In this document: piece by piece, positions 11,091 through 23,007 of the stretch
Numbering within the stretch: the stretch's first letter is position 1
Layout of the letters: every line of letters starts with the position of its first letter
Assembly (NCBI GenBank): GCA_002104905.1
Contig: MCFE01000491.1
Span: forward strand, 2,923 to 66,922
Direction of reading: 5' to 3'
From: Basidiobolus meristosporus CBS 931.73
Lineage: Eukaryota; Fungi; Basidiobolomycota
DNA length: 64,000 nt
The notes under the pieces: model-generated
What the model saw: the letters and a program-made list of their open reading frames with translations, nothing else
Told to the model about the DNA's origin: nothing
Databases searched by the model: none
Program-made: the position numbers and the translations under genes

Positions 11091-13655
11091 CTAAGACCAC
11101 ATCCCAAAGAACCATTTGGAAGATCTTTTCTTCTCAGCAGGGTCGGAGTTTTGCCACAGGAACTCTTTCAAGGACACAATAATGTCGACAATCGAGTCGG
11201 AGGATTCATCGCTCGACTCTACATTTTCACTCGGCGTGCTAACAAATCGGCTCCATACGGTATCATACAGTCGCTCGGCTTCAAGAAACGCCTCGGTGTT
11301 TTCTTTCTGGCAAGAATGGAATACAATCCGGTCGACGCCCGCCAACCTGGCTGCCAGCATTTGGATCAGATGCATCAGCACCCTGTTGCCGCCACGCCTT
11401 CCAGCTCCCCAAGCACCCGTGTGGATAATAATATAAGGCCTGTTTGATGGATTGGCATCCTCTTCCGGGAAGTCATCGTAATCCGGAGTGTAACCACACT
11501 TTTGGTAGGATTGGTAACGTGCAGCGGCGAAGCTGCAATACGCAGTTGTCAAGGCAGTACGGATGGTTTCAATGTCATAAGCGTTGTGACCTTCAGGCGG
11601 TGAAGCCATGGAGATGAAATTACTCCGGTTGGTAGAGGTGCAGGGTTTAAACATCTTCAGAATTTTGCTGGTGCTTAGTGAAGCAAGATGCTTGTGCTGA
11701 TCCGGTTGATGCGGGGACCCAGGCTCCTCCGGTATCGAGAATTCACACATTTGCGGGATATCTTGTATCAGTATCGGCGTCGACTCGCATGGCATTTCAT
11801 CCGTAGAACCGGCTGCGAAGGTTTGCGGAGCCAAATTGGGAAGCTTCTTGCTTCGCTGCAGCAGAAGCTCGCGGACCGACCCTAAAAGGGGATACTCTAG
11901 TACTTGCAACTCACCGGTAGAAGGCTCCAATTCTCCATAGTTGCCGAGCAACTGGCCGTTGGAGAAATTCACACGCCATGTACACCCCTTGGGGTCAGTG
12001 GGTGAAGTAAGGTAATCCTCATCCAACCGAATCTTCAGTGAATATCCAGCATCTTGATAAAACGCGCGGCTTGGTAGAGCTTTTGGCGGGCTCCAACGAG
12101 AAATCTCCACTATCCAGTCGCCTGGTTGATGGGTCTTGGAGGAAAACTGGTTGAATACGGCCAGCTTGGTTTTATTGGTAAACTTGGGCGGATAAATAGT
12201 ATAGAGCTCATTTGCTGCAATATACTCCGAGATAATAAGATGATCCTCTGCTTTAAATAGCAATGGAAGCACTGGCCCTTCAGGCTCGTCTTCGGAGTCA
12301 GAATCGCCATAGAGACGATCGTCTTTCTCGATATCTTGGGGATTCTCTGGATCAGTGGGCTGGCTTTGGCTGATGTCGCTCTCAAGGCACTGAACTGTTT
12401 TCGGCAGCTCCTCGCCGAACGGGCCTTCTGGTTTGGACTGGTCCGGAATCACTCTGTATTTATCCTCAGGGTTCAGTATCTGTTCATTCTCTTTCTGTGA
12501 GCATGGAGCCACAGGTGGATCTATCTTCAGACTTTCTAAAGCTAGCACGTTGTCGGCTAGAATTTCCTGAGTCTGAATGTGATCTGCTGGTCGTGGGCGA
12601 TCGTCGACAATATCGTTTAGTGGTTCTACCTTGGTAGGTATCGTGTATGAAGATGGAGGAAGATGCACCGATTCATTGAGCTGTTGTGGTACCTTGATTT
12701 CCTCAGCATTCGTAGGGGGGAGTTCATGAGTACGCACGACTTCGGGGACGGATTGGGGCTCCTTGAGATGCTCCGCACCGGAAATTGCGGCTAATAGGCC
12801 ACTTTGCGGAGAGTATACATTCGCCGATAGCGGTGTGGAGATACCAAGTTCACTGGGCGAGGACAAAAGTGAACTTGGCTCCCACTTGTTTCGCAGTTCG
12901 TTTTCAGAATGGCTTAGGTCCTGAGGAAACGGTGAGTGGTTGTGATTTCCAACTTCTACCATTGGCATCGTTTCGTTTTGGTGAGGGAAAGTGCTTTGTG
13001 TATTAGGGAAACTATAGTTGCTGGGTTGCTTGGAAGCACTGTTCCAAGGAGATGGCATACTTTCTGGCCACGATGTCGGCGAATTCTCGAACGCAAAGGC
13101 ATCCTGATCAATATAACCCTCTCTTAGGTGGGTCGAAGCATGGAGATTCGACGTTTCCACTTCCAAAGATACGGGATTTTCTGGGAAATGGCCGTTCGAA
13201 ACCGCAAAGCTCGGCACAGGCATGCTATAGAATTCCGAGGTGTCCCTGGCGTATTGCTGTTCAGTATATCCCGGTATTTGTGGCATTGGCATATAGCCGG
13301 GCGAAAAATGCCCCAGGGTCGCCTCTTGCTCCTGATAGGCAAAAGTGTTCGCATGATGTGTATTCAAGCTTTCATATGTGGTAGGGATTTCCGCATATGG
13401 TGAAGAAACCTGTGGCTCTGGGAATTGCGGAGTCGACCCATGTAGGGAAGAGCTGTGTTCCTGGGTAGTGAATTGGAAGGAACTTTCCCTGTAGTAACTT
13501 TGAAATTGTTTCTCCCGGCGATTCTGGTTGAATCCCTGCATTGCAACTGAATTTGAAGATAGTGAAAGAGATCTTATTGTGGTGAGATACGCGGTCAGAT
13601 ACCCTCTAAGAATAACACTACGACATGCACCCTGGAATTTCCTCGGTGCACCCAT
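11091..13655 (-). CDS. 854-aa intronless protein: disordered N-terminus plus C-terminal PARG-like macrodomain
   Basis: Long ORF. C-terminal motifs WRVNFSN...STGELQVLEYPLL and IHTGAWGAGRRGGNRVLMHLIQMLAA parallel PARG DFAN...QEE...PEL and TGNWGCGAFGG...LIQ.LAA. The true start may be the second Met (MQGFNQ). Confidence 0.65.
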   Translation of the reverse strand: MGAPRKFQGACRSVILRGYLTAYLTTIRSLSLSSNSVAMQGFNQNRREKQFQSYYRESSFQFTTQEHSSSLHGSTPQFPEPQVSSPYAEIPTTYESLNTHHANTFAYQEQEATLGHFSPGYMPMPQIPGYTEQQYARDTSEFYSMPVPSFAVSNGHFPENPVSLEVETSNLHASTHLREGYIDQDAFAFENSPTSWPESMPSPWNSASKQPSNYSFPNTQSTFPHQNETMPMVEVGNHNHSPFPQDLSHSENELRNKWEPSSLLSSPSELGISTPLSANVYSPQSGLLAAISGAEHLKEPQSVPEVVRTHELPPTNAEEIKVPQQLNESVHLPPSSYTIPTKVEPLNDIVDDRPRPADHIQTQEILADNVLALESLKIDPPVAPCSQKENEQILNPEDKYRVIPDQSKPEGPFGEELPKTVQCLESDISQSQPTDPENPQDIEKDDRLYGDSDSEDEPEGPVLPLLFKAEDHLIISEYIAANELYTIYPPKFTNKTKLAVFNQFSSKTHQPGDWIVEISRWSPPKALPSRAFYQDAGYSLKIRLDEDYLTSPTDPKGCTWRVNFSNGQLLGNYGELEPSTGELQVLEYPLLGSVRELLLQRSKKLPNLAPQTFAAGSTDEMPCESTPILIQDIPQMCEFSIPEEPGSPHQPDQHKHLASLSTSKILKMFKPCTSTNRSNFISMASPPEGHNAYDIETIRTALTTAYCSFAAARYQSYQKCGYTPDYDDFPEEDANPSNRPYIIIHTGAWGAGRRGGNRVLMHLIQMLAARLAGVDRIVFHSCQKENTEAFLEAERLYDTVWSRFVSTPSENVESSDESSDSIVDIIVSLKEFLWQNSDPAEKKRSSKWFFGMWS

Positions 13656-14186
13656 TTTGTGGATTTATTGGGTTTCCCAAAAACCCAGATATAATCAATT
13701 CCTAGAATCCAACATTGTTCTGGATCAAGAGGAGGCCATAACTCATCAGTTCTGTAGATCCCAGGTGGCTAAATATCATCCTCGGTGCAGAATTATACAG
13801 CGCTTGGACTAAGAAACACACTCATCCAGTTTTCGCACAAATTGGCTTGATACTGTTTTATATATAGCAAACAGAAGGCAGAAATAGGAAAAATGATATA
13901 TGACGAAAAGTGACCAAAGATTTGTGTTTAGAAAGATAGAAAGAATGGTTCTATATATACAAAAGAAAGGCGCGGAGCGGCTCCGACAAAATGAAATGAT
14001 TGAACTTGCGCGTGCTCAAGTGGCGAGGTGAAGCTGATGCGTGATGTATTCGTGTAACTAAAATGACCTCGCGGACCAGGCTATATCGCCCATACGAGTA
14101 GTATTTGCAGACCTTGGTCCACTGTTGTCCCGTTGCGACGCAGACATTGGAAGCAATAGATAGGACATCTATTTCAGGGACTGCAT

Positions 14187-16817
14187 TCAGAAAGTCTCGG
14201 CCATTATAGGAATGATTGGCTCTATGTAGATTGTATCAGCATTGGAAGCAGCAGTCCCAGCACTGTCTCCAGATATTGAGTTCTCATTGTGGTCCATTGC
14301 ACTGTGTGTTTGGTACCCATGGTCACGGATATGCTCCCAAGTGGCAATGTTGCTTTGGATCTTGCCCACGCAATAAGACATTTCTGAACAGCCCGACGTT
14401 GCAATAATTAGCATTGGGCCCCAAGCTGGATGAAGAGGGTAGCAATCCAACATACCTGGTATCATATCGCCAACAACCTGAAACAAAGGAAGGGCTAGCT
14501 TTCCTATGAAATCGATTTGCCCTTGAGCACGAACAGTTTCGGATTGTTCCGGGTCCATATTGATAGGATACCCCATTCGCTCTTCTAGGGAAGCCTGCAA
14601 AGAGCATCATTAGTATTGCGTCACCAGGGACCAACAGACATGCACGTACTTGATCCTTCAGTTCGTTCATTAAACAGTCGGTCCACCTGGAGGCGACATG
14701 GAATGAGCGAGCCTTGAAAAGTCGTTAGCTGTCAGATGGAAGATGCCACTCAACTGTAAAGACTAACCGCGTTGCTGATATCAGAACACTTCAGGATAGC
14801 GGAGCAGAAAAGGATCTTTTCCCGCATAGGGTCCAATATAGAGGTCGATCCTAGCCGGCTGTTTTGCTCCGTAAAAGATCGGATGTACTCGAAATGGGCA
14901 CTCATGTCGGTAGCCAGTATCGAGTTCACAACCAATTTACGAAAATCTGGGGCAACTGATGAGCAAAGGCCTAGTCCCAGTCAGAGATCGAAGAGAATAC
15001 ATACCTTTGAATTCTCCGGTGGATTGGTCCCCAAAGAAGTTGAACCCATGCTTCTTCATCAAAAGAAACAATGAAGTAGTGTGGTAATTTTCGAGCACAG
15101 CTTGATCGTTGTATAGTAATGCCAGGGGGGTTTGTGCATTTATCATATATGCATTATTTACACCAGGGTGGCCTAAATCGTGAGCCAGGCTAGAGACTAG
15201 CAAGGCAAACACGTCATTAGGAGTCAGGAACTCGTGTATTCTCCGCTTTACTTCTGCGCTTGATCCTGTGTTCAAGCGTGGACAGTTGCTCCCAGAAGAC
15301 CCAAGGAGCCCAACATTCTTCAGTGTGTAGTATGTCGCTTGAAGAACATCAACCGCATGATAAAAGTTATGATATGGGTTGGGATTACTATAGGCAGCAC
15401 GGATGGCTAGGATGAACCTTTGAAGTACATCTGAGGCGGTCACATTAGCATCTGTCAGATTCCTGATCAAACAACACTACTTACCGTTTGAAACGGTAAC
15501 ATTTTGCAATCCACTCACTGCCAAACTGTCCTCGAATGCAATCAAGATGCATCGAAGAAGATCATCTTCGGAGTAATCATAAGGGCAAAAATCCCAATCA
15601 GAGTACTGCTGCCGCAAGTACGACATGCGCTCTTGGGAGGCGATAGTGTCCAGTCTAGAAAAGACACTTAGTGGGCCAGCACTACAATCCACGAAACGAA
15701 TGGCGTATCCAAGTTACCTGGGGAACTTCGTGATGTTGATGTGATGAAACGGCGGCGCATAGTGATTGATAATCATTTCTTCAAGCCTAAGAAAGCAGTT
15801 GAATATGTGGACCGGATTGGTGATAAATGCTCTATGTTCGCAAGTACCATTCATCACGCGAAAATGCCAAGTTCAATCTTTCCTCGATGTTGTGAAGGTC
15901 TCCCACCGGAATACTATGCTTCGCAGTCCCCACTGCAACCTCGTCTCCACTATCAGGGGAGCGTACAGGTTTTTTGTACCTGGTTGAGTTCTGGGACCGT
16001 GTTAATATTAGCTAACAACAGAAGCGAAGTCACAAAACCCAGTACCAGCCAGAGCGTTTTGATAACCTGCGAAGACACAGGCTTGATGAGATAATCAGCA
16101 GCTCCAAGGTCCAGACAGGTGGCCATTAGTTGCGGGGAATCATTTCGGGAGAGTGCTGTTACAAGAGCCAATTAACCATCAAAATACTTGCTCACACACA
16201 GAAATACTGCTACCTATTGGGATGACATCGGCTATTATTCCCAAGTCTATCTCTTTGAGGACCACTTTTAAGAACTCAATGCCGTACAGTATGTTGGAGG
16301 TGTCTTTGGGCTCAAAGCCGCTCTCATAGGACGAAGGATATACATTGTCGTCCCGGTTGAAAGTATGGTGGTCGAGGTCTACAAGAAGGATAGTATATCC
16401 GAACTGAGCAGGTGGCTGGCTGTGCAAGTAGGACATGGCTTCATTGCCAGAAGCAACTGCAGTTACTGCGAACGAAGGTAAGAATAGGGATACACGATAG
16501 CATGCTCAGCGAGTGCAAATACCTTGCTTGTATGTCTCCAAGAGCTGTTGAATGAACTCGGTTGCCTCGCGTGCTTCGCGCCTCGAAGACCTCCGACTGA
16601 TTTGAGTGTTTGCGAATTCGCCGGAATAAAAACTACTCTGGTGCTCCTCGACGGTGGGCGAAGGCTGGGGAGAGCCGTATGGGGTGACGTGATATGTACC
16701 TGATACGTAGACACTATCCACCAAAAGAATGGCACAGCCGTTCGAGCCAGGAGTGGGGAAAGTAGGTATGGCCGGTGAAAGTGGAGCTCTACCACGTCTC
16801 AGAAAAGACATATGCAT
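14187..16817 (-). CDS. PDE2: Class I high-affinity cAMP phosphodiesterase (Pde2-like) with N-terminal receiver-like domain; multi-exon
   Basis: PDEase motifs NPYHNFYHAVDVLQ, HDLGHPGVNN, LYNDQAVLENYH, ILATDMSAHF, CSDISN and QIDFI. The N-terminal exons carry ILLVD, ILLVDLD and CLDLGAADYLIKP. Confidence 0.9.
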
Positions 16818-19800
16818 TGGAGAATTTCAAGAACGAGAGAGAGAGAAACAAGGATATTCAACCTTAGAGATTTATTCCCCAGTGAGTTGCTTCGTTTTCA
16901 GCGGCAGTAAGTAGGTGACCGATACAAGCGATAAACCAAGTCTGGGAAAATAGAAAAAATAGGAAGCGGAGTGAATGAGTAGCAGAGAAAAGAAAAGCAA
17001 ATGGAAGATAAAAAATAGGGACTAGTACTGATTTGGGGCTCACAATCTGATACAGGCGGCATGTACTCCAATCGTTACTTTAAGAATAAGCAATTCCATT
17101 TTAAATTCAGGTGGGACTTGGATCAATTTGACTGAATAGTCATGTAGGATTCAGATAAGGAAATCCATCCCACCTAAAGGGCATACAGAATCAGTTATCA
17201 AAATGGCCTTGATCGTCGTGACATGATGGCTTGGGAGAGATACAATAGGAAATCTTGTTTTGGTGATTGCTTTGTTGGAAGCACAACGGGCTGCCTTGTG
17301 TGTAGGAAGCCATGTCCATTGGCGTTACAGTCTCTCAAGCCACAAGCCTCCACCGACCTCTGAGCCTGAGGATTTCGCGGTTTCCATGATGGTGGAACAG
17401 CCTTTGTACCCCGATTCTCCACAATCAAGGATTTCTATTTGCTTTCCAATCATGATGGTGCTTCACAAAGCCAATGCCACGTTTTCCCATCATCGTCCCG
17501 GCTATACCTTTATTATACCTGATTGGCGCGCTCCATCTGGGCAATTGCCATTTTCGACCACAGCAGATTTGTCTATATGCAGATGCCCGCTATTCTTGGA
17601 ATCAGGCAAGTAGAGATTGAATCTCATTAGTCCCATGTGGAAGTGTTGATGCATACGCCGATATTGGTGCTTGACTAGTCTCACCTCTAGGATATACTGC
17701 ATGGCGGCTGTCATGTTTGGAAGCTCACCATCAATTGTGAATGCGTTGTGCGGGGAGAGCCAGCGTCAGGAACGATGCTGGATTGAAAGCGCAGCAGGTG
17801 TATGGAGCCGTTATCACCAGTATCAGCTCAGGTGACCATGAGAATATACCACTACTCCATACCATATGGAATCTATGTAATACGAATCAGGCTACTGGAA
17901 ATCATTCGACTAGCAGAGTCTCTATCATATGATGATGACGTTTTGGCCAACCTCCACGTGGTTTCCATTCCCAATGGCCAAGACGGCGGAGTACCTAGCT
18001 GTCTCAACCCAGCTCGTTCTTTGATTATCTATGTCTCTACCATCCAGCCACAAAGAGCCAGACAGCTGAGTTGTAGAACATACGCGCGGCCAGTGACCTA
18101 CGTGCTCTGCGCTGCCATCCTGAAATGCGGCAGGCAGCTGTCGCCCCTATCCAAGGTCATATTTAACGATATCGGGAAACCTCGTCTAAATCACCTTTAG
18201 AGCCATTTGATTTGACGGATGTTGTCAATTTCCATGAGGGGATTGCTACTCTATTGAAACCGCTAAAATATTGACTTACACAAAGATACAAATATGGTTG
18301 CCCATCTTCCTAATTGGGTCCTGGGCAAATGCATGATTGGCTGTAGCCCACACACTGATGGCCAATTCCTGAAAAAGAACGAGGAGTCGGGGCAGCGCTC
18401 TTGTACGCTTGGCCTTGGAAAAACTGGATATTGGCAGCTTGGTAACAGTCGTCAGTTACCAAAGACCAGAAATATCCTGGACAAGAGCCTCTAGGCCTTG
18501 TCTTTGAAGGTGATCATGGCTTCTTCGAATTGGCCCCCATTCCGGTATGCCGAGAGCTACATGTATGGTGGAGATGCGTGCTAGGCTATGATCAGAATCT
18601 CATCTACATTTTCCTGTGATCGGGAAGTCATTTGGCTAGATGTAGATTATATGATATGTCAGCAGATGAGTTGCCTAAAATGTATTCCACTTCAACGAAA
18701 CATTCTCCCTCAACAGTGAGGAAGATTCGCATCCCATGGTCTTTGTTTGCTACGAATGGAAATGGAGTAGGCTCTATCCTCCTTTAGACCAATTGATGAT
18801 AGCCTGAAGTTCCATCGCTAGGGGATCGATTCGTGTTTGATTGAGCTGTATTAATGTGCTGCCGCAAAAATAGTTGGGGAAGCAGCATAATAGCGATGAA
18901 GGGAACTATTTGCGCCAATCTTCATCAGTGGTCAGGGGCTAAAGGTAAGATCAAGGTTGAACAACCGTGTTAAACATTTCATTAAACATTGCAGGTTTCA
19001 GGCTAGCGAATTCGGCCAAGTAGTTTATTATAGGGGTAGAGCTAATTTGTCAGTTGGTTATCACCCTACAAATGCAGATTCAGCAAGCCCAGGGAGGGAG
19101 GGAGTTTTTGCTCGAAAGGCATCCAATTGCCATGACGAACTCTGTAGCTGATTGGCCTGCTGATGGCACACGTCTGGGTGATTTCAGAGAACACCCAATG
19201 GCCATGTTGATCACGTTGGAAAGGCGAGCAATCAAGGCAAATGCTGTTGACCAAGTTGTATGCGGCCACACAGTATGCCACCAGTGCAAAAAGGGGATCT
19301 GGTTTGCTTTGCTGCTTACAACCTCTCAAATGGCATCAACAGTAGACTCCAGTTTATTTGGGACATGCATCTGGTAAGCTCCAGGGTTGCCATTGCCCTG
19401 ATTTTTAAGCTCTAGAACTGGACCATCATTTCATTGCCTAAGCTATTTACCATATAAAAATATCAAACTTGGATTTTGTATTGTTTCTGCTGGTATTTTT
19501 CGATCAACTTCTCAAGTGTGAATATCATTGAGATAGTGAGCTGACTGTTACCACATTTGGTATGATGATTACTCAGGCACAACACTCTCCAAGACATATG
19601 TCTACTTGTCCTCAAGAAGGCTAGGGCTAGGGTTAGATCCTGAAAGTTGTAACTTTGAGGACACGTATTTCTGCTGGGATTCTGCTGATATTTGGTGAGT
19701 TTTTGGACCATAATGTGACTACCTATTTAGTTTCAAAGTCTGATGAGCTTTTAACTGTACTTATTTGTATTTTATTCCTGATAATCTTAATGCCAAAGTA

Positions 19801-19860
19801 TGTTGCAAGATCATAGGTAGTATTGTAAGATATTCATTGTTTCATTGAGCTCAACTATGT

Positions 19861-20150
19861 TACAAATTTCGTAATTACACCTACAATATTCACTTGGTCA
19901 CCTAGATCATAGTCTACAAATCTTAGAGAATTCTGGCCAAATTCATTGTCGGGATTTACTTGGAATATTTCACTAAAAGATCAGGTATCCAGGTTATAAG
20001 TTGTCCAAACAGCCCCAAACTTAACACATATTTTTGGGACCTTCCTAAACATAATATAAATATTACTTTTACATTCAATGAGTCATTAAGTGAAAACCAC
20101 ATAATCTACTTGTTCCCCGAATTACTTCCAATTTCTCCAACACTTTTACA
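19861..20150. repeat. Degenerate dispersed AT-rich repeat, copy 1
   Basis: gtctacaaatcttagagaattctggccaaattcattgtcgggatttact, ttgggaccttccta and aagtgaaaaccacataatctac recur colinearly at ~38215-38470. Confidence 0.7.
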
Positions 20151-21647
20151 ACAAAATAGAGTATTTATATTTTTGGGGGAACATTGTAATGCTAATGATT
20201 GGTAAGTTTGAGAAAAGATCACAGGAGGTGGTGTGCAGAGTATAGGGGCTTTTGGATGGGTTTGATAATGTGCCAACTTCCAGGTCTTCACTAGTTCTTG
20301 GAATAAACGAATATCTTACAAACCAAATATCAAGTAAATAAATAGGATCTTAAGGTATGTGAGTAGTTTAAGGTGTAAGCTAAATATTTACAACACTTAA
20401 AATATTGCAGAGACATTCAAAGGAGATATGAGCAGTCAGGTTAACATGGATATTTCTAGGACTTGGAATAGCCTGAATCATGGTGAAGCTCATAACATTC
20501 TACAATAAATACTTTACCATCAGTCAATAAAATCAATCAGCGTAAAGTCACTTTCCCTGTATTCTATATCGCCTCTAATCTCCACTTGGTTCAGATCTTC
20601 CATTCCGATCAAGTTATGCAACTGAATCATTGTGTATGAGTATCCTGCAAGGTCGCGGTAATGCCTCTAGATTCTAGTTGCCTTGTATTATGCTTAGTGC
20701 CTGGGAATGGCCAGTGTCAGTGCTGGTAAACTAGTATTTGGAGTTTTTTGGAGCCAGCCTATGAAAATCCTCAAAAATTCAAATCTTGTTGGCCATACAC
20801 GCTTCAGGAAATCGGGGTTAAAGGCAATATTAAGTATAACACCGTTTGATATTTACGCTCTCGCAGCTACACGTGATATTTGCGAAGTATAATACCCAGC
20901 TACTAGCATTGTCACAAGCTATTGGCAGTATATAATCTTTGGTTGCAACTTAGAATTCCGTCGGAGCACCAGATGAATGGGGTATGAGCAATAGCAAGAT
21001 CAGAAAACCGGCAAGTTTGAGATGTTTGCCAGCGATGGTATTAGGTAGTGCGCTTATCAAAGTAGCTACTATCTAATATGATCTGTGAAGTACTGAAGCA
21101 ACATACACTACCATTAGTCTTGAGGCAAATCTCGTATTCACTAATCACGCAACTTGCCAGCTTCTGAGGTATCGGAGTTACATGAGCCAATTTGACAATC
21201 AATCCCCATATCCAAAGAATCATATCACCAAAGTCAAATATATGCTGGTGAGCATTTAAGTGATTCCCTCCCAAAATCGTCAGATTTGGGGGTAATTGTG
21301 ACTTATCAGTGATCATCAACAGCTAAGCCCAAGAAGCTGATAGCTGTGGCTTTGCGAGCATAGGATTCATCAGCCAATTGGAGGAAGAGGCTAAGCCAAA
21401 TTCAAGAATATTTGGAGCAATGGTATTAGAGATTGCAGAATTCATGTAGGCTTTGCGACTAAGGGTTCTCCGATGTATGTTAAATAGGCATCTTAAGAGT
21501 GTGAGAATACAGAACAGCAACAGCAACAGCGTACTATTCCTGAGTTGTTATTACCGACGATATACCCACTATAACGAGGGCAACAATTTTATTCCCAAAA
21601 GTTAACAATACCCTGCCAAGACTCCTCCAAGTATCGCAACACACACA

Positions 21648-23007
21648 ATGGCTATGTCATTCTATCCATTTGGCCTTTCTGAAGAGGCTAGACATAAACT
21701 TTCTCAGGTGGTTTACCAGATTCGCTCCAGCAATGGCCTCTTCCCCCATGGACAGGTGGCCAATGATCCAGGTGTAGTTACTACAGTTGTTGTTATTTTA
21801 CTCGCGATCTCTCTAAGCGTGTTGGTGCTATGCTTCACTTTTCGAGCGGTTTTCCTTGCCTACCAAAATGAAGCCATGTACATAACAATTGACGAGATCG
21901 AGAGCTTTGATGACAGTGAAGAACGGATAGTTCGCACGAAGTACCCATCAGACTGGACTGAAGTGGAGCAACAGAGCTATGAATTATCCAGGGCATTTGA
22001 GAGTCAGCATCCACCTGGAAGCCATAACGCTGAGATTACCCAGGAACAGGAGAGAATCATTGCCGAGAGAGGAGTGGCAGCTTGGGAATTGGAGGCTGGT
22101 GAAGAGGTAAATGTGATAGTGGAGGATCGAACCGAAATCTCATTTCACGGTGGCGAGTTTTGTGTTCAAACCAACCTCCCTCTACCCTTCCGGGAAACTG
22201 TTTGCTACTTCGAAGTGAAGCTATTCGACAAACCCGATGATACACTGATTGCTATAGGTCTGGCCACCAAGCCGTTCCCGTCATGGAGAATGCCAGGTTT
22301 GTGAATGCTCGTTGGCCAAGGGCCGCTGATACCACCGAGAACAATGCGAAACTCACCCCGAATTGAATTTGGATTTAGGCAAGAGTCGTCACTCTGTGGG
22401 TTACCATTCCAATGGGCGGAAGTACTGCAACGATCCTTTCGAAGGAAAGCCCTTCGGATCCGCCTTTCAGAAGGGGGACGTGATTGGTTGTGGGTACCGC
22501 GCACAAACCGGGACTGTCTTCTTTACCCGGAATGGAATCAAAGTTGACTCGGCAGTTACAAATGCTCACTACAATTTCTATCCAACAATTGGATCGAATG
22601 GGCCCTGCGTACTTCATGTGAACTTTGGCCAAATGGGCTTCGTATATATAGAGGGGAACGTCAAGAAATGGGGATTGGCACCAATCGACGGGAACTTCCA
22701 AGCACCCCCAGCCTACGGGTCCATCCGAGAATCCATGCTATTGGCTTCTGAAGGCAACATACCAGAAGAGGAGTTGAGCCTACTTCAGCTCACCATGGTG
22801 CCGAAAGAAACCGACAGACCGGAGGAACTGACTGTCCCTATGGAGGAGTCTGCCCCCATTAATTCTGAACCAGGGGTGATCAGCCGGATGCGAGAGTGGC
22901 GGGTGCCCGTCAATTTTCCTTGGGAGTTTATTCTGCCACCACCATATGCATTAATCGAAAGTGCAGCCTGGGAGGAGTCCACTCCAATCGAGGTATCTCA
23001 GCATTGA
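21648..23007 (+). CDS. SSH4: Ssh4/Ear1-like SPRY-domain membrane protein (Rsp5 adaptor), 2 exons
   Basis: N-terminal TM segment, IAERGVAAWE, CVQTNLPLP, YFEVKL, IAIGLATKPFP, SVGYHSNG, GDVIGCGY, VFFTRNG, VNFGQ and PPAY/PPPY motifs. Confidence 0.9.

Noticed and set aside
17198-18500. Short ORFs upstream of the PDE gene
   Set aside because: No recognisable motifs or consistent splice pattern. They could be decayed sequence.
19054-19377. RING-like CGHTVCHQC fragment
   Set aside because: The other RING ligands are absent and there is no supporting exon structure.
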